Virus record (IMG/VR): IMGVR_UViG_3300023213_000432
Coordinates: 224,001-288,000 of that record
Direction: 5' to 3' (one strand)
DNA from: a virus
Lineage: Duplodnaviria > Caudoviricetes
Length of the DNA: 64,000 nucleotides
Part shown: positions 38,846 to 46,977 of the stretch, piece after piece
How the letters are laid out: every line of letters starts with the position of its first letter
Position numbering within the stretch: position 1 is the first letter of the stretch
Notes under the pieces: model-generated
Database searches by the model: none
Told to the model about the DNA's origin: nothing
What the model saw: only the letters and a program-made list of their open reading frames with translations
Translations under genes and position numbers: made by a program

Positions 38846-39183
38846 TGCCATTTTCGCTAACTTGCACCAATAAAGGATGTGGAAGTTTTATGCAACCTTA
38901 TATTGATCCTAAGACCGATAAGGTGTATTGTTCTACTTGCGATCAAGAATTGCCCAACATTACTTATTTTGTTAAAATTCAATTAAAAACTTCTAAGCAA
39001 TACAAACCCAAATCTCCCACCTCCTTTTCTATCAAATGTCAATCTTGTGGTAAAGAAGCTCGCCCTCAATTAGTTGAGAATGAAATTGTGTGTCCAGAGT
39101 GTAAGAAAGTTCATGCTAATCTTTCGGAACCTTTCAAGATCATGCTTCGAGATAAACTTAAAACTGCCGGACAAGACATCTGA
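38845..39183 (+). CDS. Zn-ribbon protein
   Basis: CxxxxC, CxxC, CxxC, CxxC. Confidence 0.7.
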   Translation: MPFSLTCTNKGCGSFMQPYIDPKTDKVYCSTCDQELPNITYFVKIQLKTSKQYKPKSPTSFSIKCQSCGKEARPQLVENEIVCPECKKVHANLSEPFKIMLRDKLKTAGQDI

Positions 39184-39941
39184 TGCTTTGCGATATTGTT
39201 CATTCTTGTCGATTTCTACTTAATCACTTCCCAGAAGCCCAAGTGTGTCGGGAATATCTTAATTCTCGCCTGAATTACGATAGTCAAGAATTGTTTCGTT
39301 TTGGTTATTTTCCCGCGGTTAATCATTTACAAGCTTTGACAGATTTAGTGGGCGAAGATGCTTTGCACAAGACGAAACTTTTATATCATAAGAACATTGC
39401 AGATGCCTTATCTCCCCGAAGTGTGAATATCTCCTATTTTGAACATTATCCATTAGTCCTGCCTTTTAGAAACGCTTATGGACAAATTATTGCTTTGGTG
39501 GGAAGAACGTTATTATCGGAGAATGAAAGAAAGAGCTTAAAGCTGTCCAAATATAAGAATACCATTTTCCGAAAAGGTAATGTGGTGTTTGGTCTTTATG
39601 AAAACAAAGATGCTATTTTGGAAAAGAATTGTGTCTATATTGTCGAAGGACAGTTTGACGTTATCAAAGCAGTAGAAAGAGGATTTCGAAATATTGTGGC
39701 TTTAGGCAGCGCCAATATGACCTCCTATCAATTTTCCGTCATTAGCAGATACACCAATAACATGTTTCTATTATTAGATAACGATGAGGCTGGCGAAAAG
39801 GGGAGAAAACGAGCCATGGATCGTTTTGGGAGCTTAGCCAACATTTGTAATTCCTATTTACCTTCTGAATATAAAGATATTGACGAATATTTGTCTGAAC
39901 ACGACTATCAAACCTTGCTGGCATTAATGCAAGGTAGTTAA
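39183..39941 (+). CDS. dnaG: DnaG-type primase catalytic (TOPRIM) subunit lacking a Zn-binding domain
   Basis: GR..., KYKN, FGL, IVEGQFDV, VALGSA, LDNDEAG, KDIDEYL. Confidence 0.88.
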   Translation: MLCDIVHSCRFLLNHFPEAQVCREYLNSRLNYDSQELFRFGYFPAVNHLQALTDLVGEDALHKTKLLYHKNIADALSPRSVNISYFEHYPLVLPFRNAYGQIIALVGRTLLSENERKSLKLSKYKNTIFRKGNVVFGLYENKDAILEKNCVYIVEGQFDVIKAVERGFRNIVALGSANMTSYQFSVISRYTNNMFLLLDNDEAGEKGRKRAMDRFGSLANICNSYLPSEYKDIDEYLSEHDYQTLLALMQGS

Positions 39942-39961
39942 CCTTTGCTACGGGAGATGCT

Positions 39962-40441
39962 ATGGAGAAACGAGACAATCGTTCTAATCATTATCAACAT
40001 TTGTTTGCGGAGACTGCTTGTTCCAATGAAATGATGGAGGCATTTTCTAATGAGTTTAGTCTTTATAATAGACTTAATCCGTTCGAGTATAATGAGGAGT
40101 TGATGGATTTAGAGGAGCAATTGCGAAAAGAGTTTTGGCGGATTGTGGAAACTCAATTGACGGAGCGGCAAAAGGCCGTGATCAAATTGTGTGCTGAAGG
40201 GAAAACCCAGATGGAAATCGCTAAAATGTTGAATGTTAACCAAAGTTCAATCACCAAAAGTATAAACGGTAATGTCGATTATGGTAAAAAGAACGATGCT
40301 GACGCTGAAAATCGAAAAACACCCCAAAAATCAAAAGTATACGGAGGTAGTCGTAAAAAACTTCGTCGTCTTCTTGAAGAAGATCCTAAGGTGCGAGCCA
40401 TCTTAGCAAAAATGGCAGAGGTTCGCGCGGAAAAATGGTGA
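39962..40441 (+). CDS. Small sigma-factor region-4-like HTH protein
   Basis: LTERQKAVIKLCAEGKTQMEIAKMLNVNQSSITK. Confidence 0.7.
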   Translation: MEKRDNRSNHYQHLFAETACSNEMMEAFSNEFSLYNRLNPFEYNEELMDLEEQLRKEFWRIVETQLTERQKAVIKLCAEGKTQMEIAKMLNVNQSSITKSINGNVDYGKKNDADAENRKTPQKSKVYGGSRKKLRRLLEEDPKVRAILAKMAEVRAEKW

Positions 40442-40468
40442 AAACTGTGCATAATCCGCTATTTATGC

Positions 40469-41731
40469 GTGACAAAAAAGTGCTCAAAGTGTGAGTGCGA
40501 GAAAGAAACTTCCGAGTTTAATATCCAAACCAGACATAACGATGGTTTATCGTATTGGTGCAAAACGTGTTTTAGAGAATATCGCCGTGAACATCGTATT
40601 GCTAATTTAGATGAAGAGAGAGCGTTGGGACGTTCCAAATGCGCTGAAAGAATAAAATGGCTTCAAGATCTAAAATCTGAACAACCATGTATGGATTGCG
40701 GACAAACATACGAGCCGTATTGTATGGATTATGATCATGTCCCTGAACGAGGTAAGAAAATTGCATCCGTATCGAGATTAGCGCTCAATATTGCTCCTAA
40801 AGAACGCATTCTTGCCGAAATCGCCAAATGCGATCTTGTTTGTGTTTTGTGTCATAACCGCCGCACACAACAAAGGCTCAATGACAAGTTAGGTTCAGTG
40901 CGTCGTTCTTCGCCAACAATATTAAGAAACATTGAGATCATCAAACAATTCAAAACTTGTCCTTGTGCGATTTGCGGACAACAATATAACACCTTCAATA
41001 TGCAACTTGATCATATCAATCCATCAACCAAAACATTCAATTCCGGTAAAATAAAGAGTCTTTCCGTGGATGTGTTGCTTGTTGAGTTAGCCAAATGTCA
41101 AGTCTTATGCGCTTTGTGCCATCGCAGGAAATCAATTTTGGAGCAACTCAATGGTTCCTATCAGGCAGATCGACTAAAATCGCCACAGAGAGGACGGATG
41201 CCTCAAAAGAAGACGCAACCCGTTGTTATCATGGTATCCAAAGCGGGCACAACAAAACTTTTGCCAGAACAAGAGAAGTCGATCATTCGATCATATCGCA
41301 GTGGCAATAAAGCAGATCAGATTGCAAACGATCATCAAGTTAGCAAATCAACTGTTTGGTTCGTTTTAAAAAAAAACAATGCGCCTTCACATCGAAAGTT
41401 AAAGAAGATATTAGATGCGTCCCACACTATTCAACTTTCTCCGCTCCCATCCCAAGCCAAAGGGGCACAAAAGCGTCGCATGCCTCGCGAACGCGAATTT
41501 GTCATCATCCAAGCTTATCAAGATGGCAAAACCATCGACGAAATTGAAGAAATGTTTCAAACAAGCAGATCTTCTATCTATCGCATTTTGAATCGTAATA
41601 ATATTCCACGTTCTAATAATTTTAGTCGTTGGACTGGCAAGACCCATACCCCAGAAACCAAAGAAAAGATGTCAATAGCTCGAGCCGCTTTTTGGAAAAC
41701 CAAGAAAAGAACTAATCCTCCCTTCTGCTAA
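40469..41731 (+). CDS. Homing endonuclease: Zn finger, two HNH domains, two HTH-like repeats and NUMOD3-like tail
   Basis: CMDC..MDYDHV..CDLVCVLCHNRRT; CAIC..QLDHI..CQVLCALCHRRKS; GKTHTPETKEKMS. Confidence 0.8.
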   Translation: MTKKCSKCECEKETSEFNIQTRHNDGLSYWCKTCFREYRREHRIANLDEERALGRSKCAERIKWLQDLKSEQPCMDCGQTYEPYCMDYDHVPERGKKIASVSRLALNIAPKERILAEIAKCDLVCVLCHNRRTQQRLNDKLGSVRRSSPTILRNIEIIKQFKTCPCAICGQQYNTFNMQLDHINPSTKTFNSGKIKSLSVDVLLVELAKCQVLCALCHRRKSILEQLNGSYQADRLKSPQRGRMPQKKTQPVVIMVSKAGTTKLLPEQEKSIIRSYRSGNKADQIANDHQVSKSTVWFVLKKNNAPSHRKLKKILDASHTIQLSPLPSQAKGAQKRRMPREREFVIIQAYQDGKTIDEIEEMFQTSRSSIYRILNRNNIPRSNNFSRWTGKTHTPETKEKMSIARAAFWKTKKRTNPPFC

Positions 41732-41779
41732 TAATCTGCCATCATATCGAGGCATTGTCTCAATTTTGATAGAGGGCTT

Positions 41780-42247
41780 ATGAAACATACCATCGACTAT
41801 TCCAAACTCGAAACTCAAGTTGAAAAGAAAGCATTTCGACTCGCCGATGTCAAAAATCAATTGGAAATAGTAGCTTTTGATATTGTTCGCTTTAAGGATG
41901 GAGATCGGGGCGCTCAATTATGGCAAGTCCAAAACGCAGATGATGGAGATTATATCGTTGCTCTGTATCAAGAGGATGAGGAGAAAAAAACTGCTTCTCC
42001 ATGGAGCGTAGCTATTTCCAAGACTTCCGGAGATGTTCAAATTTCCTATCATGGGGATCCTTTAACCCGTATAGCATTCACCAAACTAGGCATTCTTCGT
42101 TCTGAATTGGATAAAGTTTCTGAATATCTTCCCGAAAAACTGGCTACTAATAAAAGACTAGTTCAAGCCCTATTGAAAGAGATGTCGGAACCTGCTAAAA
42201 ATGAGGCATTAAAGAAATACCCTGAATTGGTAGGGATAAACACATGA
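41780..42247 (+). CDS. Hypothetical protein
   Basis: 155-aa ORF, first gene of a coupled operon. Confidence 0.75.
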   Translation: MKHTIDYSKLETQVEKKAFRLADVKNQLEIVAFDIVRFKDGDRGAQLWQVQNADDGDYIVALYQEDEEKKTASPWSVAISKTSGDVQISYHGDPLTRIAFTKLGILRSELDKVSEYLPEKLATNKRLVQALLKEMSEPAKNEALKKYPELVGINT

Positions 42248-43848
42248 GCCTCGATAAGATACATCAACTGGCAAGTTCTTTGGTTAAATCGGCTGCCAAT
42301 AATGAGAGGCTTGCTATTCCGCTGTTGCTTATCAAACTCAACAAACATCTACAGGATTTTCCCCAAGATCAAACGCTTGGCTCTATAGCCATGGTTCTTG
42401 GAAGAATGAGTAAGAATCAAACTGCTTTTATTCGCCGTGCTGATTTACATTCTCTTTATACCAAGCTTCATTCTCGCAATACTAAATTTCCTGATTTATT
42501 TAAGGAAGAACTAGGATTGACCGAGATAGAGCTGGTTAAATCTTTCCAACGAGATGATAGTGTTAAACCCATTGATACTTATGCTGGCGCTGATCCAGTA
42601 TTAGCTAATGCTTTACAAAGCGCTTTTGATAATCAACTGCCTGTCAAGATGTATTCCCAAGTTTTGGCGGAACGTGCTCAAAAAAGTGTAGGAATCATTT
42701 TAGATGCATGGGGACTTAATCCTACTTCTTTAGGAGTAGTGGAAGGTAATGACAAGTTCCTAATTGTCAAAGCGGATTATGAAACTCCTAAGGGAATTAC
42801 TAGTTTCTATGTTCCAGTGGAGACATCTAATGACAAACTGATAGAACCATCTACTTTTGTTGGAACTAAGATGGGACTTCAACCACTCAATCATACCAAC
42901 ATTAAAACTTATCTTACCACTCATAGTGGCACCAAATTGACAATTAGTGCCTCAGACGTTCTGAATGGATTGGTAAAAGCTGCCTCGGAAAATCGAGAAA
43001 TTACCGATGTGGAAATTGCTATCATCAAGCTTAATGCAGAACGTAAGAAACATAGCGAATTTGCCGCTAATCAGGTTATTGGACAAAAAATTGCTGAAGC
43101 ATCTGTTAAAGAAGTTAATTTACCCAAACATGATGAATTTGTTTCTTTTGAAAAGCAATTTACCTCGCCAGCGGGGTTAGCTGCTTTTCAATTCGGAACC
43201 GATCAAATTAAGGTTGCCCGAGAACATTTAGTACGGGAATTAGTTAGCTTCGGTTATAAAAATTCACAAGTAGTAGTTTCTGGGCACAAAGATCAAACAG
43301 TGTTTTATAGTGTATCTTTGGATGCGGGTAAAATTGGATTTGTCATTCCTGTCAAAATTGTCAATGGTAAAGTGATTAAACCAACCATGATGATTTGCAA
43401 TGGTTCTCCGATAGCTTTTACTTCGGAAGGCATTAATCAACTTTATGTTGATAACCAGACTGACTTCAAAGCAGCAGCCGCTGCATCTCCAATGTTTGAA
43501 CTCAAGCCCAATGAACTGATTGCTACCATCAAACAAGCTATGTTGGAAGAAAATCACAGCAAAGCCCAAGATGCTCTTAATGTGCTCCGGAGCTTAGGAG
43601 ATGAGAAAGTTTATGCTTTGGGGTTTCAAGAATTTTTGCATGGACTAAAAGGCAAATCAGCTCCTCAAACCTCTTGCTCTAAACCCATCAAAACTGCAGC
43701 CAGTTCTCACTTGGTGTGTAGCCATACTGGATTGCCAATTCATAAAGTGTATCAGGATAAAGATGGCAACTGTCGTCCTTTGTATCGTCAAGGGGCAGAT
43801 GAAACCTATCAAGGCGCTTATTTCATGAACGCCAAGATTTTTGGGTGA
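42244..43848 (+). CDS. Hypothetical protein (possible virion protein)
   Basis: 534-aa ORF. Confidence 0.75.
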   Translation: MSLDKIHQLASSLVKSAANNERLAIPLLLIKLNKHLQDFPQDQTLGSIAMVLGRMSKNQTAFIRRADLHSLYTKLHSRNTKFPDLFKEELGLTEIELVKSFQRDDSVKPIDTYAGADPVLANALQSAFDNQLPVKMYSQVLAERAQKSVGIILDAWGLNPTSLGVVEGNDKFLIVKADYETPKGITSFYVPVETSNDKLIEPSTFVGTKMGLQPLNHTNIKTYLTTHSGTKLTISASDVLNGLVKAASENREITDVEIAIIKLNAERKKHSEFAANQVIGQKIAEASVKEVNLPKHDEFVSFEKQFTSPAGLAAFQFGTDQIKVAREHLVRELVSFGYKNSQVVVSGHKDQTVFYSVSLDAGKIGFVIPVKIVNGKVIKPTMMICNGSPIAFTSEGINQLYVDNQTDFKAAAAASPMFELKPNELIATIKQAMLEENHSKAQDALNVLRSLGDEKVYALGFQEFLHGLKGKSAPQTSCSKPIKTAASSHLVCSHTGLPIHKVYQDKDGNCRPLYRQGADETYQGAYFMNAKIFG

Positions 43849-44747
43849 TCATGAAATTGACTCGGTTGGGAGAAATTTTCGCTCTCAAGTATAAAGTGGC
43901 AGCGGATCCCAAAGAGCTGGAGATTTCTCTTCGCAATCAAATTAGGGCGCTCTGGAAATATCCTCATGAGTTGTTCAATGTTTTAGAAGCTTGTGCTAAC
44001 TCAGATGTAAAGAGCCCAAAAGATGCTCATGGACGCAAGGCACTAGAAGGACAGCGCTTTTGTCAAAAAGTGTTAGCGCTGGTGGATTATCTACAAGCCA
44101 AGATGGATAGTGCGAATTTGGGAGAAATACGAGAGGTATTACATCGTTTGATCAAATTGATCGACACTAATAAAGATCTCAAATTCGATGTAGAGGGAAA
44201 GCCCACCAAAGAGGGAGAGGTTTCTGGGGTGCAGTTTCCACATGTTTCTGCTACAATTGAACATATGTTTGAGAAAATACGCCCTAAGACCAAACAAGTA
44301 GTTCGAGTGCAACAGGAGAATTATGGCAAAGCTCGAACTGGACTAGCTCGAATGTTGAGTTTAGCTCATGATATGTTAGGCACTCTTCAAAGATTGGAGA
44401 TTATGGTGCCAGAGCAATTTACTCACGTATCCAAAATTGATGTGGATGAGGATCTGCCGGAAAGATTTGCTCCCCAACGGGCACCTCTAAAAGAACATGA
44501 AATTATCGATTTCATTCGGCAGTATGGAGAAGACTATGGCGTTTCAACTTATGAAGATTGGAGGATTCTTTTTGAGAACGATCCTCAATTGAAAGAAGAA
44601 ATAACCACGGTTATTAACGCATTGAGAAGGGGGCAGTATCCGCGTGGCGCTATTGATGTTCAGCTTCGAATTGCGGAAATTATGAGACGCTATGAAGAAC
44701 GAAAATCAAAAAATGCCCCGGTGTTTGAGGACGAGGAAATTTTATGA
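43845..44747 (+). CDS. Hypothetical protein
   Basis: 300-aa coupled ORF. Confidence 0.7.
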   Translation: MIMKLTRLGEIFALKYKVAADPKELEISLRNQIRALWKYPHELFNVLEACANSDVKSPKDAHGRKALEGQRFCQKVLALVDYLQAKMDSANLGEIREVLHRLIKLIDTNKDLKFDVEGKPTKEGEVSGVQFPHVSATIEHMFEKIRPKTKQVVRVQQENYGKARTGLARMLSLAHDMLGTLQRLEIMVPEQFTHVSKIDVDEDLPERFAPQRAPLKEHEIIDFIRQYGEDYGVSTYEDWRILFENDPQLKEEITTVINALRRGQYPRGAIDVQLRIAEIMRRYEERKSKNAPVFEDEEIL

Positions 44748-45463
44748 GAATATCAGAACTATTAAACGCAATGGCTAATTGGCTAGAAAGTCCAGAAAAT
44801 GAGGCTTTGTTGCTAGCAGAAGACAACGATGAAGCTTTGAAAATAGTAGCGGAATCTTGCGTAGAAGCAGCTACTATTTTGAGAAAAACAGCGCAACAAG
44901 TAGACGTCTTAGAGCCGATGGAACCTTCTCAAATCACCCCAGAAACGGTGGATGGATTAGCTGAATTAGCTGCCGCTTTAGATGAATCGGGTGATATTGA
45001 GTTTAAAAAACAAGCTTCTGTTATTGATGAATTATTGTTATCGATTGCGGCTCCACCCAACGCCACTGTCGAAAGAAAAGATTTGCTCGAAAATAGATTA
45101 ATTGATTTGAAGAAAAAATATGAAGGCAATCGAGAGATGCTTCATGAAATCAATCGAACAAAAGAATCGGAAGATGCTATCAAGAAAAGCAAGATGACGG
45201 AGTATGCAGAAATTCATATGATGCCTTTATCCACGCGAACGTGTTTAGATCATCCCGGCGCTCAGATGACGAGAGTAGGTGAAAACATGTGGCGCTGCAA
45301 TCTTGATGGCAAAATCTATAATACAGAAACGGGCTTTACGTTAAATAATGGTATTAAGGTTCCGGGCGGCAATGTGCAGAACCAGACACAAAATTCTCTT
45401 AATAATTTTTATTATGCTAGTTTTGACACTAGAGATGGGCGACTGGGTTACGTCAAGCCCTAA
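44744..45463 (+). CDS. Hypothetical protein
   Basis: 239-aa coupled ORF with C-terminal C..H...C motif. Confidence 0.75.
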   Translation: MRISELLNAMANWLESPENEALLLAEDNDEALKIVAESCVEAATILRKTAQQVDVLEPMEPSQITPETVDGLAELAAALDESGDIEFKKQASVIDELLLSIAAPPNATVERKDLLENRLIDLKKKYEGNREMLHEINRTKESEDAIKKSKMTEYAEIHMMPLSTRTCLDHPGAQMTRVGENMWRCNLDGKIYNTETGFTLNNGIKVPGGNVQNQTQNSLNNFYYASFDTRDGRLGYVKP

Positions 45464-45483
45464 TTGTTGATATATAATTCAAT

Positions 45484-46395
45484 ATGGGTCGCAAATTAAC
45501 CCATCAACAATTTGTTGAGAAGTCCATCAAAATCCATGGACATAAGTATAAGTATCCGGGAACATATGTTAATAATCGAACCCCGATAGAGATTGGATGC
45601 CATGTTCATGGTAACTTTTGGCAGTCTCCCAACTCTCATCTTGGTGGTCATGGATGCAAACAATGTCATTATGATTTGTTAAAGAATTCTAACGATCAAT
45701 TTTGGCAGAATGTGCATACGGTGCATGGTCATACATATCAATATCATTCATCTTATGTTGGACTCCGACATACACTTTTAATTGAATGCCGCATTCACGG
45801 AATATTTGAACAACGAGCCGACCATCATCGTAATGGTAGCGGTTGTCCTCAGTGCCATTCCAATGCTCATATGGGAAAAGAAAAGTTTGTTGATGCCGCT
45901 AATGTTATTCATGAATTTAAATATTCTTATCCGGGAGAATATGAAGGCAGTCAAACACCAATAGAAATATGTTGTGCGAAACATGGTTCTTTTTGGCAGA
46001 AGCCTGCTGTTCATTTACAGGGACACGGCTGTCCTCATTGTCCCGCTCGAGTTTCTCGTGCAGAGACAGCGTGGCTTGATTTTCTCGAGATTCCATCAGA
46101 GTATAGACAACAACCAATCAAACTTAATAATAAATGGATTGTGGCAGATGCCCATAATCCACATACTAACACTGTTTATGAATTTTATGGCGACTATTGG
46201 CATGGCAATCCACAAGTTTTTAATTCTCAGAAAATAAACTCTTTAGCAGATAAAACTTTCGGACAGCTCTACCAAGACACTCTTTCCCGCGAAGCTCTCA
46301 TCAAACAAAGGGGCTATAATCTAATTTCTATTTGGGAAAATGACTGGAAACGTTTTCAAAAAGACAGACAAAATTATTTAAGGGCTATAAATTGA
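45484..46395 (+). CDS. Homing endonuclease with three Zn-binding (DUF723-like) repeats and a Vsr-like nuclease domain
   Basis: Three repeats of H...Y.Y...Y......I.C..HG.F.Q....H..G.GC..C; ADAH..VYEFYGDYWHGNP. Confidence 0.8.
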   Translation: MGRKLTHQQFVEKSIKIHGHKYKYPGTYVNNRTPIEIGCHVHGNFWQSPNSHLGGHGCKQCHYDLLKNSNDQFWQNVHTVHGHTYQYHSSYVGLRHTLLIECRIHGIFEQRADHHRNGSGCPQCHSNAHMGKEKFVDAANVIHEFKYSYPGEYEGSQTPIEICCAKHGSFWQKPAVHLQGHGCPHCPARVSRAETAWLDFLEIPSEYRQQPIKLNNKWIVADAHNPHTNTVYEFYGDYWHGNPQVFNSQKINSLADKTFGQLYQDTLSREALIKQRGYNLISIWENDWKRFQKDRQNYLRAIN

Positions 46396-46808
46396 GGCAA
46401 AGTTAATAAATTTGTTTGAATCAAAGAAGCCTGAGTAGATTGAGAAATTACAATTTGTGTAAATGCGGTGGGAGATATAGAATTGATGGCATTATTATTG
46501 TTATCCACTGCTACAAGATTACCTCCTCCAACCGTACATTGAACTGTTGAAGGTCCGTTTCTAGCCGCAAATGCAAGTTGAGCATTTTGCAACGTTAATG
46601 TAACACCTACCAATAAGCCACTACCAAGATTTTGTTTACCTGTTGCTGTAAGTAAAGTAGAAAATTGCATACCGGGCTCCTGTTGCGCCTCAATATTGCG
46701 AAGCGTATCATTTAAGTCTTGGATGGAAACGGAAGTTGATGGAGCGACAACTGTAATAAGTCTTGGACTTTGTGACCAATCAACAGAAATATCAGTTCGA
46801 ATGGTCAT
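46374..46808 (-). CDS. Hypothetical virion-type protein
   Basis: 144-aa S/T/G-rich ORF, last gene of the minus-strand cassette. Confidence 0.65.
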   Translation of the reverse strand: MTIRTDISVDWSQSPRLITVVAPSTSVSIQDLNDTLRNIEAQQEPGMQFSTLLTATGKQNLGSGLLVGVTLTLQNAQLAFAARNGPSTVQCTVGGGNLVAVDNNNNAINSISPTAFTQIVISQSTQASLIQTNLLTLPQFIALK

Positions 46809-46977
46809 TCTTGTGCTCTTGTAAAAATGTAATCATTTGTTCATCCGAAACTATACCATCAAGCTCTTTAACTATTGCATCTTCAAAAACTTTTATATTA
46901 GCACGACGTTTCTCAATATGTTTTTTAAGAGCTTCAATATCATAATGTAAAGCATCTTTTTTTTGTTCAGGCGTCAT
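46792..46977 (-). CDS. Small coiled-coil protein
   Basis: 61-aa coupled ORF. Confidence 0.6.
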   Translation of the reverse strand: MTPEQKKDALHYDIEALKKHIEKRRANIKVFEDAIVKELDGIVSDEQMITFLQEHKNDHSN

